In this document: piece by piece, positions 45,186 through 55,966 of the stretch
Numbering within the stretch: the first letter of the stretch is position 1
Layout of the letters: each line of letters begins with the position of its first letter
NCBI GenBank assembly: GCA_903843285.1
Contig: CAIMPC010000063.1
Coordinates: 4,627 to 68,626, forward strand
Direction of reading: 5' to 3'
DNA length: 64,000 nucleotides
Origin: Candidatus Omnitrophota bacterium
Lineage (GTDB): Bacteria; Omnitrophota; Gorgyraeia; 2-01-FULL-45-10
Notes under the pieces: model-generated
Database searches by the model: none
Told to the model about the DNA's origin: nothing
What the model saw: the letters and a program-made list of their open reading frames with translations, nothing else
Position numbers and translations under genes: made by a program

Positions 45186-46166
45186 TTAATTAACTATCTC
45201 CTCGAATTTAATTTTATTCATTCTGAGTTTTTCCAGGTCATCTTTGGATACCTTGGCGCTGTTTCCATTTGCCTGGTTAACGACCTCTACATAATCGAAA
45301 GCTTTAAAGCTATACCCATGCACTACATCAGACGCAACTTTCAAAACCTCTTTAATGAGAGCGTCGTAAGGTCGCGAGGAATTGGACTCGTCGTATGATC
45401 GTCTATCCGCCAAAACCTCTATCTTAAAATATTGGCCGAGCGATCCGGAATAGTAAATGCCCTTAACCGACTTTAATAAGAATGCCTCCGTCAGGGTTTT
45501 ATCTTCTCTTAGCTCCATCTTTATGCGTCCGGCGATCTGTTCCGCCAGAAATTCCGGAAGAGTTATATCTTTTATATAAAATCTTCCGCTCCAGTATCCA
45601 ATGTCACCCAGACCCGTCGGCTCGGACCGAAAGAAGTCGTTCATTACCTGGTCCTGCCACTTCGGATCGAGATTCATCTTCTGGAATATCTCTGTTATCG
45701 AGCGCTCCTTTTGAGACTGAGGATTAAGCCTCATATCCACTATCATCCTCTTGCCGAATTCCCCTCTCGATATATCGCCAAGGAATACCCTCTTCACATC
45801 ATCGACATATTTAATAATGATAACCTGGATCTCCGGGATCCTAACGTCGTGTGCTATTATGCAATAAAAATCATAATCAGCGTCGGTAGATAAAACCACG
45901 CGCGTAACACTCATTATAACGTCGTTCAATTTTTCTGTGGCAGAAAGAGTGAGCGCAAATGTAAAATCCATCAGGTTTTCGAGGGGTATATATATCGCCG
46001 CCGTCTTGCCCGCAGTCCTGACTTTTACATCAACCTTATACTCATTCTTACAGAGCCTTATTATAGACTCTTTCAGCTTCTCTTTCGGGTAGGTAGGAGA
46101 GCATCCTGCCGATGACATGGCAAGGCCTGCTATCATGAACCACAGAGCGACAGTTCTGAGCCTCAT
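45186..46166 (-). CDS. Hypothetical lipoprotein
   Basis: Lipobox-like LAMSSAG-C at residue 22; 326-aa ORF overlapping the ftsH stop by 4 nt. Confidence 0.6.
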   Translation of the reverse strand: MRLRTVALWFMIAGLAMSSAGCSPTYPKEKLKESIIRLCKNEYKVDVKVRTAGKTAAIYIPLENLMDFTFALTLSATEKLNDVIMSVTRVVLSTDADYDFYCIIAHDVRIPEIQVIIIKYVDDVKRVFLGDISRGEFGKRMIVDMRLNPQSQKERSITEIFQKMNLDPKWQDQVMNDFFRSEPTGLGDIGYWSGRFYIKDITLPEFLAEQIAGRIKMELREDKTLTEAFLLKSVKGIYYSGSLGQYFKIEVLADRRSYDESNSSRPYDALIKEVLKVASDVVHGYSFKAFDYVEVVNQANGNSAKVSKDDLEKLRMNKIKFEEIVN

Positions 46167-47878
46167 GATCCTTTCGACATGCCGAATTTGCCATACTCTT
46201 TAAAGATCGCGTCTATCTCATCGTAGTCGAGCTCCTCTTTCTCCAGAAGCTCCCTTGCAAACCTATCGAGAATCTCGCGCTCTTTGGTGAGTAGCTCCTC
46301 AACCTCTTTCAGGCACTGCTGAATGATCTTACTCGTCTCCTCATTCAATTCTTCTTTAACCTTCTCAGAGATTTGCCCCTCAGGGATTACGGAATAATCT
46401 CCAAGGAAACTCTTATCCGCCATACCGTAGCGCCATACCATATTGTGAGCTATGGACATGGCCTGTTTGAAGTCCATCGCCACGCCGCTCGAGGTTGTGT
46501 CAAACTTAATCTTCTCAGAGACGTACCCTGCCAGGTCCGCTTTAATATCGGCCAGCAGCCTATTCTTATCATGCGTGAATACCTCTTCCCTCGGCTGATG
46601 GTGTACCACTCCCAGGGTTCCCCTTCTCGGTATTATGGATGCCTTAAATACATCATCCGTCGGATGAAGTATGTAGAGCACTACGAGATGCCCGGCTTCG
46701 TGATAAGCGGTCTTCTCGCGTTCGCGCGGAGTAACATTAAGTTTATGCTTCAAACCCAGATCAACCCTTTCCATCGCTTCCGATATATCGTCGAGCGTTA
46801 TGATATCTCGCTTCTCGCGAGTGGCGATGAGCGCGGCTTCTCTAATGATATTCTCAATATCTGCGGGTGATTTATATACGGCCTTTCTCGCCAAGCGCGC
46901 CACATCTATCTTTGGATCGTGCTCTATCTTCCCCAGGTAGTATTCAAAAAGTTTTTCCCTGTCATCCAGTGATGGAAGATCTATATACAGCTTCCTATCG
47001 AATCGGCCGGGGCGTAAAAGCGCTTTATCGAGATTATCCTCCGGCGAGTTCGTCGCTCCGATCACTATAATATTCTGCTCCGACTTCAACTCTCCAGATT
47101 TATCTTCCCTCTCCTGCAACCCATCCATCTCAGCCAGTAACTGGTTCTGGGTAGAGTTTGTCTCTTCGGTGCCTCCGAATGCAGAGAATACCCTCTTCCT
47201 GGCAATAGCATCCAACTCGTCTATAAATATAATGCATCCGCCATTGCCGTAAGCAAGCTGGCGGGCTTTTTTAAACAGTTCCCTGACCCTGGATGCGCCA
47301 ACTCCCACGAAGACCTCGACGAACTCGCTTCCGGACATCGCCAGGAACGGCAGGCCTGTCTCGGTCGCAACAGCCTTTGCCAAATATGTCTTACCGCATC
47401 CCGGGGGCCCTAACATAAGGATTCCGCGTAATATCTTTCCGCCGATCTTCTTCACGCGGGTCCTGTCCTTAATCAGTTCTACTACCTCTCTGGCCTCCGC
47501 TTTAACGTTCTCCATTCCTATCACGTCGGACCATTTAACATTGACCTCTTCACCTTTAATGCTGGACTTCTTGCCGCTCTTCGAGAATCCCCTACCCAGA
47601 ACGGTCGAATAAAAATAGACAAATATGGCCGCATTAACTCCGACCAATAGTATCTGCATCGGCAGCTGCGCCAGCGTAAGCTTCATATAAAATGATTCGA
47701 GCGACATCATCCCCCAGATGGCTAATCTTACAAGCGCATATACGACTAAGATTATCGCGTAATTTGTCCAATTAAACTTAAAGTACATCCTGAACTTGCG
47801 CGAGAAGATAAGTCCAAGCCCCAGAACTGTTATCATCGCCAGATACAATACGAGCTCTATAATTAAAAACATGTTCAT
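46163..47878 (-). CDS. ftsH: FtsH-family AAA+ zinc metalloprotease without a periplasmic domain
   Basis: N-terminal TM helices, GPPGCGKT, IIFIDELDA, ALLRPGRFDR, HEAGH. Confidence 0.88.
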   Translation of the reverse strand: MNMFLIIELVLYLAMITVLGLGLIFSRKFRMYFKFNWTNYAIILVVYALVRLAIWGMMSLESFYMKLTLAQLPMQILLVGVNAAIFVYFYSTVLGRGFSKSGKKSSIKGEEVNVKWSDVIGMENVKAEAREVVELIKDRTRVKKIGGKILRGILMLGPPGCGKTYLAKAVATETGLPFLAMSGSEFVEVFVGVGASRVRELFKKARQLAYGNGGCIIFIDELDAIARKRVFSAFGGTEETNSTQNQLLAEMDGLQEREDKSGELKSEQNIIVIGATNSPEDNLDKALLRPGRFDRKLYIDLPSLDDREKLFEYYLGKIEHDPKIDVARLARKAVYKSPADIENIIREAALIATREKRDIITLDDISEAMERVDLGLKHKLNVTPREREKTAYHEAGHLVVLYILHPTDDVFKASIIPRRGTLGVVHHQPREEVFTHDKNRLLADIKADLAGYVSEKIKFDTTSSGVAMDFKQAMSIAHNMVWRYGMADKSFLGDYSVIPEGQISEKVKEELNEETSKIIQQCLKEVEELLTKEREILDRFARELLEKEELDYDEIDAIFKEYGKFGMSKGS

Positions 47879-47903
47879 AGCTTACCTCCAGAGTGATGTC
47901 GGC

Positions 47904-48740
47904 CTACTTTATAGTATTTAATGCCTCGTCCAATTCCCTGATAGCTTCCTCGTACTCTTCTTTCTTCGGTGAAACGCCATGCCACTCAGCCTTGTTCTCT
48001 ATAAAAGATACTCCTTTTCCCTTCACGGTGTGGGCTATTATCATGGTGGGTTTACCTTTAACCTTCTCCGCCTGATCAAAAGCATCTATAAGGCCTGCTA
48101 TATCGTGGCCATTGACCTCGATGGCATTCCACCCAAACTCCTGCCACTTATGTTTATGAATTCCGGGATCCTTCACCTCACAGCAAAAGCCATCTATTTG
48201 AAGTTTATTACAGTCTATTATCCCGCAAACGGTATCGAGCTTGTAATGAGCGGCCGTCATAGCTGCCTCCCATACCTGACCCTCATTAGTCTCTCCGTCT
48301 CCCATCAGGCAATACACCCTGGATACGATCTTATCCATGCGAAGACCAAGCGCAATCCCGTTAGCTATGGACAGTCCCTGCCCCAGGGAACCACTGGATA
48401 TCTCGACACCAGCCAGGCCTATCTGCGGGTGCCCCTGTAATTGGCTGCCCAGTTTCCGTAGGGTCCATAAAAGATCTTTAGAAAAATATCCTTTGTGAGC
48501 CAACACCGCATAGAGCGCAGGACACCCGTGCCCTTTTGAAAGGAGAAACCTGTCTCGCTCATTCCATAATGGATTTGACGGATCGTTCTTAAGTTTATGA
48601 TAATACAGCGCCACCAGTATATCGACCGAGGAGAGGCTCCCTCCCGTATGGCCGGATCCGGCAATCATAAGCATCTTCAACACATCTTTTCTTATCTCTA
48701 TCGCCTTCTTATCGAGCTCCAATATATTCAGCCGTTCCAT
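47904..48740 (-). CDS. Transketolase, N-terminal (ThDP-binding) subunit
   Basis: SGHTGGSLS, LSKGHG, LQGHP, GSLGQG, GDGE..EG..WEA. Confidence 0.93.
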   Translation of the reverse strand: MERLNILELDKKAIEIRKDVLKMLMIAGSGHTGGSLSSVDILVALYYHKLKNDPSNPLWNERDRFLLSKGHGCPALYAVLAHKGYFSKDLLWTLRKLGSQLQGHPQIGLAGVEISSGSLGQGLSIANGIALGLRMDKIVSRVYCLMGDGETNEGQVWEAAMTAAHYKLDTVCGIIDCNKLQIDGFCCEVKDPGIHKHKWQEFGWNAIEVNGHDIAGLIDAFDQAEKVKGKPTMIIAHTVKGKGVSFIENKAEWHGVSPKKEEYEEAIRELDEALNTIK

Positions 48741-48749
48741 TTTTCTATA

Positions 48750-49967
48750 TCATCTCTCTTTTAGTTTTTGCCGAACTTTATCCTGCTTAGGATCAAACTC
48801 TAACGACTTATTCCATTCTTCTACTGCCTTATCGTGAAGGCCTTTCTTATAATAAATATCTCCCATATGGTCCCTGACCGTAGGATCGTCCGGATAATTC
48901 TTCAATGCCTTCAGGATCTGCACAGACGCCTCTTCGGTCATTCCCTTCTTAAATAGCGCCCACCCCAGCGAATCCATAAATGCCCCATTATCCGGATCCA
49001 GTTCCACGGCTTTCTTCGTCAAATCTACGGCCTCATCCAACCTGACACCGTCTTCGGCGAACATGTAACCCAGATAATTATATGCGTCGGCAAATTTCGG
49101 GTCAATCCTTATCGCATCCCTAAAATATTTTTCCGACTGCACTTTTTCTTTCATCTCTCCGTAAAGCACGCCAAGGTAAAAATATGTCCTTGCATAATTA
49201 GGGTCTATCTCGAGAGCCTTCTTAAAATTGGTTACCGCCTTTTCTATATCTTTATTCATTTCGTACATGACTCCGAGTCCAATGTACGCTTCGAGATATT
49301 CAGGACTTAACTGCGTCGCTCGGTTTAATGCCTCTATACCTTTATCTATCTTCCCAAGCCGCGTATATATAATGCCGAGATTAAAGTATAGCAGGTCGGA
49401 TTCCGGATTTTTTTCTATCAGCTTCTCATAAATTACAGCCGCCTCCGACATCTTCTCCTGGACCACATATATATCTGCCAAAGAACTGAGCGCCCATATA
49501 GAATCGGGGTCTAGATGAATGGCTTCCTGATACTCTTTTCGAGCATCCTCAAATTTGTTTTGTGAGGTATAGATAAGCGCCGCTACGAACATCGGTTTAG
49601 GATCCGAAGGATCGAGCCTCTTGGCAGTGGCCACTTCACCTAATGCCCTCTCCGGTTTCTTCAGCAAAAGATAATCCAATGCAAGTCGTGTGTGAATATA
49701 GCTGACATTGGGCTCTAATATGCAGGAAGCCTCGAACTCCTTAACAGCCTGTGAGGCCTTAAGGTCATTATCGTAAATAACGCCCATCGCGTAATGGGAC
49801 AGCGAAACCGCGAGATCCGTCGAATGGTGCTCACCTAAAACCCTTGAGCCCTGAGAGAAAGAACGATATCTGGAATATGCATCTACCGCTGCGTCCGAGC
49901 TTGTAACCATACATACCAGGACGGCGAATACCATAACCGGATAATTTAAAACTTTTCCAAAAGACAA
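48750..49967 (-). CDS. Exported tetratricopeptide-repeat protein
   Basis: Signal peptide, many TPR units, NYLGY..AE and DSLGW motifs. Confidence 0.85.
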   Translation of the reverse strand: MSFGKVLNYPVMVFAVLVCMVTSSDAAVDAYSRYRSFSQGSRVLGEHHSTDLAVSLSHYAMGVIYDNDLKASQAVKEFEASCILEPNVSYIHTRLALDYLLLKKPERALGEVATAKRLDPSDPKPMFVAALIYTSQNKFEDARKEYQEAIHLDPDSIWALSSLADIYVVQEKMSEAAVIYEKLIEKNPESDLLYFNLGIIYTRLGKIDKGIEALNRATQLSPEYLEAYIGLGVMYEMNKDIEKAVTNFKKALEIDPNYARTYFYLGVLYGEMKEKVQSEKYFRDAIRIDPKFADAYNYLGYMFAEDGVRLDEAVDLTKKAVELDPDNGAFMDSLGWALFKKGMTEEASVQILKALKNYPDDPTVRDHMGDIYYKKGLHDKAVEEWNKSLEFDPKQDKVRQKLKER

Positions 49968-49988
49968 TATTTATGCTTTCATTCGGTA

Positions 49989-50028
49989 ATTGGGTCCACC
50001 CGATTATTATATCAGGTGGACCCCATAT
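49989..50028 (-). terminator. Hairpin after the small basic ORF
   Basis: GGGTCCACC-N-GGTGGACCC inverted repeat. Confidence 0.5.
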
Positions 50029-50033
50029 TACCT

Positions 50034-50123
50034 TTATTTCTTTTTATGGCGATCTCTTCTCATTCTCTTTTTTCTCTTATGCTTCGCCATTTTCGCTCTT
50101 TTGCGTTTTTTACCGCATGGCAT
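50034..50123 (-). CDS. Small basic protein, AURKAIP1/COX24 (bS22/mS38-like) family
   Basis: Absent from the ORF track. MPCGKKRKRAKMAKHKRKKRMRRDRHKKK (29 aa), preceded by a strong RBS AGGAGGTG. Confidence 0.8.
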   Translation of the reverse strand: MPCGKKRKRAKMAKHKRKKRMRRDRHKKK

Positions 50124-50148
50124 TAGCGATCACCTCCTAACGGTGGAT

Positions 50149-51033
50149 TTAGTAAATCACCTTATTGAGCGGGTATTCTATAATGCCTTCAGCGCCGGCT
50201 CTCTTCAGGCTCGGTATTAAATGCTTAACCACTTTTTCGTCAATGATAGTTTCTACATCGACCCAGTTTGGATCGGTGAGATTCGATATCGTAGGCTTCT
50301 TCAGTGCGGGAAGAAGCTTGAGAACATCTTTAAGATCCTTTTTTGCAACGTTCATCTTAAGCCCCACTTTTTCTTCGGCAAGTATGGCGCCTTTCAGAAG
50401 CAGCGCAAGGTTCTCGATCTTATTTCTCTTCCATGGGTTGGCCCAGCTCTTACGATTAGCTATGAGCTGAGTGGTGGACTCACAGACAGTAAAGACTTCC
50501 CTGAGTTTATTAGCCCTAAGAGACGACCCTGTTTCGGTGACTTCCACTATGGCATCGACCCCGACTATCGCCTTTACTTCAGTAGCTCCCCAGCTGAACT
50601 CCACACGCGCCTTCACTTTATGTTTCTTAAGATACCTCTTCGTCACATTCACAAGCTCGGTAGCTATGGACTTTCCGTTCAAATCCTTAACGCTTTTTAT
50701 CTTCGAGGCCTCGGTAACAGCCAGCACCCACCTGACGGGACGCATCGATTGCTTCGCATATATAAGCTCTGCGACTCTGACAACGTCCGAGTTATTTTCG
50801 AGGATCCAGTCATTGCCCGTGATGCCAACATCAAGTATCCCGTCCTCTACATACCTGGCCATCTCCTGCGCCCTAAAGAGCACGCACTCTATCTCATTAT
50901 CATCTATCGATGGAAAATACGACCTATCGTTAATATTCACATAAAAACCCGCTTTGCGGAACATCTTCACCGTAGATTCCTGAAGGCTTCCTTTAGGCAG
51001 GCCCAGCTTAATCTTATTCTTGATTTGATCCAT
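50149..51033 (-). CDS. hisG: ATP phosphoribosyltransferase (long form)
   Basis: [36 protein letters not shown]-terminal regulatory domain. Confidence 0.95.
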   Translation of the reverse strand: MDQIKNKIKLGLPKGSLQESTVKMFRKAGFYVNINDRSYFPSIDDNEIECVLFRAQEMARYVEDGILDVGITGNDWILENNSDVVRVAELIYAKQSMRPVRWVLAVTEASKIKSVKDLNGKSIATELVNVTKRYLKKHKVKARVEFSWGATEVKAIVGVDAIVEVTETGSSLRANKLREVFTVCESTTQLIANRKSWANPWKRNKIENLALLLKGAILAEEKVGLKMNVAKKDLKDVLKLLPALKKPTISNLTDPNWVDVETIIDEKVVKHLIPSLKRAGAEGIIEYPLNKVIY

Positions 51034-51084
51034 ATAATAGCCCTTTAGTCTCTTTCTTTTATACCACCCAACAAGTGATGCTTA

Positions 51085-51166
51085 ATTCTACATAATATGG
51101 ATATGAAAGTCAAGGTTGCCCCAGTCTCTTTTTATTCTTGAAGAAAACCTGTAAATAAAATATAAT
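51085..51166. promoter_or_regulatory. Divergent sigma70 promoters (hisG side and SurA-like side)
   Basis: Minus TTGACT-N17-TAGAAT (51085-51113); plus TTGAAG-N17-TATAAT (51138-51166). Confidence 0.55.
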
Positions 51167-51213
51167 CATTCACTGTGTAAAAATTAAGCGTCACTTTTAT
51201 CAAGGAGACACAA

Positions 51214-52422
51214 ATGTTAAAGATATTAAGGCATAAAAACGTATCCAGGGTAGTGCTGTGGGGAATACTATTACTTATCCTTCCCGCATTTATTTTATGG
51301 GGTACAGGCGCTGGTGGAAAATCTAAGCAGAGTGGTCCGGCATTCGTCGGCCTGATTGATAATAAGAAGATCTCTTTTAGCGACTTTGCGGAAAGCCTTA
51401 CTGCTATCAGGTGCCAGATAATATTGAACTACTTTAATCAACCAAGGGTCTTGAATACACTGCTCGGCTCGAAGGCTTTTCTCGGAAAGCTTGCATGGGA
51501 CAGGCTTTTAATGGCCGAGAAGGCTCACAAAGCAAATATTAAGGTCTCAAATAAAGAGATTGTCGCTTTTATAAAGAGCCATCCGATATTCTCAAGAAAT
51601 GGGTCTTTCGATGACAGGTTATACTCTTACATACTTAGGAATAGCCTGGGACTTGAACTAAGGGCTTTCGAGGAGATCGTCAGGAGCAATCTCGAGATCC
51701 AGGGGTTTAATAATAAGATGACGCAGGATATTAAGGCATCCGACAAAGAGATCCTCGAGGCCTACGGCAGGGACAATAATAAGTTTAAGATATCTTATTT
51801 GGCTTTCCCTGCCAGCAAATACGTCGATAGGGCCAAGATAGATGACGGCCAGGTACGCGATTACTTCGAAGAGCATAAGAACGAATTCACCTCTTCTGTT
51901 AAAACAGATGGAAAAGATAAGACCGGAGCTGAAACCGCTCCGACATTTGACGACATGAAGGATAAGATAAAATCATTTTTAGCGGAGGCCCAGGTCAAAT
52001 ATATCGCAATAAAATACGCTAACGATCAATATGGAAAACTGAGAGAGCTTATGGCAAAAGATGGTTTAAGTTTTGCTAAGGCTGCGGCAAGGCTCGGCCT
52101 GAAGCCCGAAGAATCGGCGTTCCTCTCGAGAAACGAATATATTGAAGGCCTCGGAGAGGCCGATAAGGTGGTGGATGAGGGTTCTAAATTAAAGCCGGGC
52201 GAGGTCTCTAAAGTGATTGAGACCGGAAATGGCGCCGTAATATTCATCGTATCGGATACACAGAAGTTCGATAAAGAGAAGTTCAATAAAGAGATAGACG
52301 ACTATTCTAAGAAAGTGCTGGAAATGAAAAAATCTTATTATCTTGAAAATTGGCTGAAAGGCCTCGAGCGCGCCAATACGATCAATATCGATTTTAAGGA
52401 TTACGAGAAGTACTACCGTTAG
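51214..52422 (+). CDS. SurA N-terminal domain / PpiD-like membrane-anchored chaperone
   Basis: N-terminal TM (ILPAFILWG), I.VS..E, F..NGSFD..LY, degenerate parvulin-like GEVSKVIET. Confidence 0.75.
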   Translation: MLKILRHKNVSRVVLWGILLLILPAFILWGTGAGGKSKQSGPAFVGLIDNKKISFSDFAESLTAIRCQIILNYFNQPRVLNTLLGSKAFLGKLAWDRLLMAEKAHKANIKVSNKEIVAFIKSHPIFSRNGSFDDRLYSYILRNSLGLELRAFEEIVRSNLEIQGFNNKMTQDIKASDKEILEAYGRDNNKFKISYLAFPASKYVDRAKIDDGQVRDYFEEHKNEFTSSVKTDGKDKTGAETAPTFDDMKDKIKSFLAEAQVKYIAIKYANDQYGKLRELMAKDGLSFAKAAARLGLKPEESAFLSRNEYIEGLGEADKVVDEGSKLKPGEVSKVIETGNGAVIFIVSDTQKFDKEKFNKEIDDYSKKVLEMKKSYYLENWLKGLERANTINIDFKDYEKYYR

Positions 52423-53270
52423 ACATTGCCCAAATATACGTACTTAAGGCTATTCAGGGCTACACGACGCACGCGCTCTAATGTTTCCATCGGTGTGGGC
52501 GGTAGATTCATCTTATAGCAGGGAAAATATCTGGATATGTGAAGTGGCGTAGCGGCCCCCACATTATTCTTTATCCACTCGACCTCCTTCATCATCTCCT
52601 CTTCTGAATCATTAAGGCCCGGGACGATTAATGTGGTGAGCTCGACATGGCAGCTGCGGCTTGAGCGCTTAATGACCTCGAGGACCTTATTCAATCTCCC
52701 GCCGCATATCTTCATATAGAACTCATCACTAAATGCCTTAAGATCTATATTCATCGCCCCTATGTATGGGAGGATATCCTCGAGCGGCTTAATATTGACA
52801 TAGCCATTTGTGACCAATACATTTTCAAGGCCGCTCTTTTTAGCAAGCTTCGCTGTATCGAATACAAATTCATGCCATATGAAAGGCTCATTATAGGTGT
52901 AGGCGATACCGAATGAGCCGCATTCCTTTGCGCTGGCGATCATCTCTTCTGATGTCACATCTCTGGTGGGCGCATTAAGGTTCTGGGCGATGGACCAATT
53001 CTGACAGAAATCGCAATGGAAATTACAGCCTTTAGTGCCTATTGAATATATATGTTCCCCGGGATGGTAATGATAAAGCGGTTTCTTCTCTACCGGATCA
53101 AGTGCTGCGGATGTTATTTTTCCGTATATCTCAGAATACAGGATGCCGCTTTTATTTAAACGCGCACGGCAAGCGCCCCTGGCGCCGTCGCTTATAACGC
53201 ACTCGGTAGGACAAAGACGACAGTGGACCTTACTACCTTCGAGCTTCTCGTAATACCTGGCCTCTATCAA
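52419..53270 (-). CDS. AmmeMemoRadiSam-type radical SAM enzyme (PFL-activase-like)
   Basis: CRLCP..C, DPVEKKPLYH, GCNFHCDFCQNW, YTYNEP, PLHISRYFP, YVYLGNV. Confidence 0.88.
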   Translation of the reverse strand: MIEARYYEKLEGSKVHCRLCPTECVISDGARGACRARLNKSGILYSEIYGKITSAALDPVEKKPLYHYHPGEHIYSIGTKGCNFHCDFCQNWSIAQNLNAPTRDVTSEEMIASAKECGSFGIAYTYNEPFIWHEFVFDTAKLAKKSGLENVLVTNGYVNIKPLEDILPYIGAMNIDLKAFSDEFYMKICGGRLNKVLEVIKRSSRSCHVELTTLIVPGLNDSEEEMMKEVEWIKNNVGAATPLHISRYFPCYKMNLPPTPMETLERVRRVALNSLKYVYLGNV

Positions 53271-53282
53271 GAAAGCTTCCTC

Positions 53283-53732
53283 CTATTTGAGGAACTTCTT
53301 AAGCTCCTTCATGAACTGACCGACGTCCCTGAACTGTCTGTATACGGATGCAAATCTTACATATGCTATCTCGTCTAACTCATGCAATTTATGCATTACG
53401 AGCTCCCCGATCTCCCGCGAGGCTACCTCGCGGTCGTGTTTGCGCTCTATATACTTCTCGATATCGTCGACGAGTTTCTCGATACGCTTCATGCTCACCG
53501 GACGTTTCTCACACGCGACGAGAATGCCTTTTACAAGCTTCTCGCGCTCGAAGCCCTCGCGCCTGCCATCTTTTTTTATTACCCTTAGCGGCACACGCTC
53601 CACATACTCGTATGTAGTGAAACGTTTTTTGCATTTCAGGCATTCACGCCTGCGCCGCACGTTCGAACCGTTTTTAGATGAGCGGGATTCGATAACACCA
53701 TCGCTTCTATTGCCGCAATATGGGCATCTCAT
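53283..53732 (-). CDS. nrdR: Transcriptional repressor NrdR
   Basis: MRCPYC, RRRRECLKC, RFTTYE, ATP cone, AYVRFASVY. Confidence 0.97.
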   Translation of the reverse strand: MRCPYCGNRSDGVIESRSSKNGSNVRRRRECLKCKKRFTTYEYVERVPLRVIKKDGRREGFEREKLVKGILVACEKRPVSMKRIEKLVDDIEKYIERKHDREVASREIGELVMHKLHELDEIAYVRFASVYRQFRDVGQFMKELKKFLK

Positions 53733-53739
53733 AGTCTAT

Positions 53740-54219
53740 TTATTTCTTCGCCATTCTTACTTTTATCTTCGCCTCACGCAGGAGATCCTTCGACATCTTG
53801 TCGGGGTAATCCCCCTGAATAACAATCTCTTTAATGCCCGCGTTAATGATCATCTTTGCGCATATGACACACGGCTGGGTGGTAGAATAAAGACTGGCGT
53901 CCTTTACGCTGGTTCCGTGAAGCGCAGCCTGTAGAAATGCATTCTGTTCGGCGTGAAGCCCCCGACATAGCTCGTGGCGCTCCCCCGATGGCACGCTCAT
54001 CTTCTCACGTATACATCCGACCTCACTACAGTGGCGAATCTTTGAAGGCACGCCATTATAACCCGTGGCGAGTATCCTCTTATCTCTAACGAGCACAGCG
54101 CCCACGCGCCTCCTTAAACACGTGCTTCTCCGGGAGACGAGGCAGGCGATCTCGAGAAAATACTCATCCCATGTCGGCCTCTTAGTAAGCGGCTTTGAGT
54201 CGTCGATGATCTTCTTCAT
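53740..54219 (-). CDS. dCMP deaminase family protein
   Basis: [28 protein letters not shown]. Confidence 0.9.
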   Translation of the reverse strand: MKKIIDDSKPLTKRPTWDEYFLEIACLVSRRSTCLRRRVGAVLVRDKRILATGYNGVPSKIRHCSEVGCIREKMSVPSGERHELCRGLHAEQNAFLQAALHGTSVKDASLYSTTQPCVICAKMIINAGIKEIVIQGDYPDKMSKDLLREAKIKVRMAKK

Positions 54220-55478
54220 TATTTCTCCAGATTCTTAACAAGATTCTTATATAATGGGAATTTCTTAACAAGCGCTCTTACATCTTTAAGGACATCTACA
54301 ATGACTTTCTCGTCGTTGGGGCCGGATAACACTTTATCTATAAGACCGGCTATTATCATCATCTCCGCGCCCTTCATGCCCCGCGTGGTTATGGCAGGCG
54401 TGCCTATACGCACTCCGCTGGCGACAAACGGTGACCGGGAATCATAGGGTATGAGATTTTTATTAACGGTTATATTGGCCTTGTCGAGCACCGATGCGGC
54501 ATCTTTACCGGTGATATTTTTACTCGTAAGGTCGACCAGAAATAGATGCGTATCTGTTCCGCCGGCTACGATCCTGTAGCCCGAACTGGCCATCTCCGTC
54601 GATAGCACCTTCGAATTTTCAAGTATCTGTTTCTGATAAATCTTAAATTCCGGGTCTAACGCCTCTTTGAAACATATGGCCTTACCGGCTATCACGTGCA
54701 TAAGCGGCCCACCCTGTATTCCGGGAAATACCTCCGAGTCGATCTTCTTCGCAAACTCTTTTCTGCACATTATCATACCGCCGCGGGGACCGCGCAGGGT
54801 CTTGTGCGTGGTAGTGGTGACGAACTCGGCATAATTAATGGGGTTTTGGTGTAATCCCGCAGCCACGAGCCCCGCTATATGTGCTATGTCGACAAATAGA
54901 AACGCGCCTACCGAATCGGCTATCTGGCGGAAGGTCTTAAAATCGAGCGTCCTGGGATACGCTGAGGCTCCGGCAAGTATCATCTTAGGCTTATGCTTTT
55001 TGGCAAGCGCGGCGACTTCATCATAGTCGATCATCTCGGTCTTACGGTTAACGCCGTATGGAACAATATTATAAAACTTTCCGGAAAAGTTGTGGGGATG
55101 ACCGTGCGACAGATGTCCGCCGCATGCCAGGTCCATTGATAAAACCGTATCACCCGGTTTCAACATCGCGAAATATATGGCCATGTTGGCCTGGGTTCCG
55201 GAATGTGGCTGTACATTGACATGCTCAGCGCCGAATATTTTTTTAGCACGCTCTATGGCGAGCTCTTCCACTACATCCACATTATGACAGCCATTGTACC
55301 ACCTGGCGTGCGGGTATCCCTCCGCATACTTATTAGTGAGAACGGACCCTTGAGCCGCAAGAACCGCTTCGCTGACAAAGTTCTCGCTCGCTATAAGCTC
55401 CAGGTTTTCATTCTCGCGCCTGGTCTCATTCAGAATAGCTTCATATATCTCGGGATCCTTCTTCTTTAAACCGTCCAT
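54219..55478 (-). CDS. glyA: Serine hydroxymethyltransferase
   Basis: [35 protein letters not shown]. Confidence 0.97.
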   Translation of the reverse strand: MDGLKKKDPEIYEAILNETRRENENLELIASENFVSEAVLAAQGSVLTNKYAEGYPHARWYNGCHNVDVVEELAIERAKKIFGAEHVNVQPHSGTQANMAIYFAMLKPGDTVLSMDLACGGHLSHGHPHNFSGKFYNIVPYGVNRKTEMIDYDEVAALAKKHKPKMILAGASAYPRTLDFKTFRQIADSVGAFLFVDIAHIAGLVAAGLHQNPINYAEFVTTTTHKTLRGPRGGMIMCRKEFAKKIDSEVFPGIQGGPLMHVIAGKAICFKEALDPEFKIYQKQILENSKVLSTEMASSGYRIVAGGTDTHLFLVDLTSKNITGKDAASVLDKANITVNKNLIPYDSRSPFVASGVRIGTPAITTRGMKGAEMMIIAGLIDKVLSGPNDEKVIVDVLKDVRALVKKFPLYKNLVKNLEK

Positions 55479-55479
55479 T

Positions 55480-55932
55480 TTAATGCCCCTTTATTTTTGT
55501 TTCTATATCTTTTATCTGGTTAACACGCCTGATATGGCGCTCCTCAGTATGTTTCGCATTAAGCCATGCCTTCAATATATCTTTCGCTTTATATATATCC
55601 ATGTAGTTCGCCGCAAGCACCAACACATTCACATCGTTATGTTCTTTGGCCGATTTTGCCATCTCGATATCGTAACATGCGCCCGCGCGCACCCCGTGAA
55701 CCTTATTCGCCATCACGACCATGCCTATCCCGGTCTTACATATAAGAATCCCGCAATCGCACCTATTTTCGCTCACCGCCTTGGCCACCTCAAAACCTAT
55801 AAGAGGATAATCGCATGACGCCTTCGATTTAGTGCCGAGATCGAGAATGCCGTGGCCTTCTTCGTTAATAAATTTTGTCAGGCCTTCTTTTAATTCATAT
55901 CCGCCGTGGTCGCTTCCTATTGCAATCTTCAC
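55480..55932 (-). CDS. rpiB: Ribose 5-phosphate isomerase B
   Basis: IGSDHGG, DYP, CKTGIG, ANKV.GVRA, EHND.N, RH.RRV. Confidence 0.93.
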   Translation of the reverse strand: MKIAIGSDHGGYELKEGLTKFINEEGHGILDLGTKSKASCDYPLIGFEVAKAVSENRCDCGILICKTGIGMVVMANKVHGVRAGACYDIEMAKSAKEHNDVNVLVLAANYMDIYKAKDILKAWLNAKHTEERHIRRVNQIKDIETKIKGH

Positions 55933-55966
55933 TTAATATGCCTTTCGATTTAAATTTGATGACATT

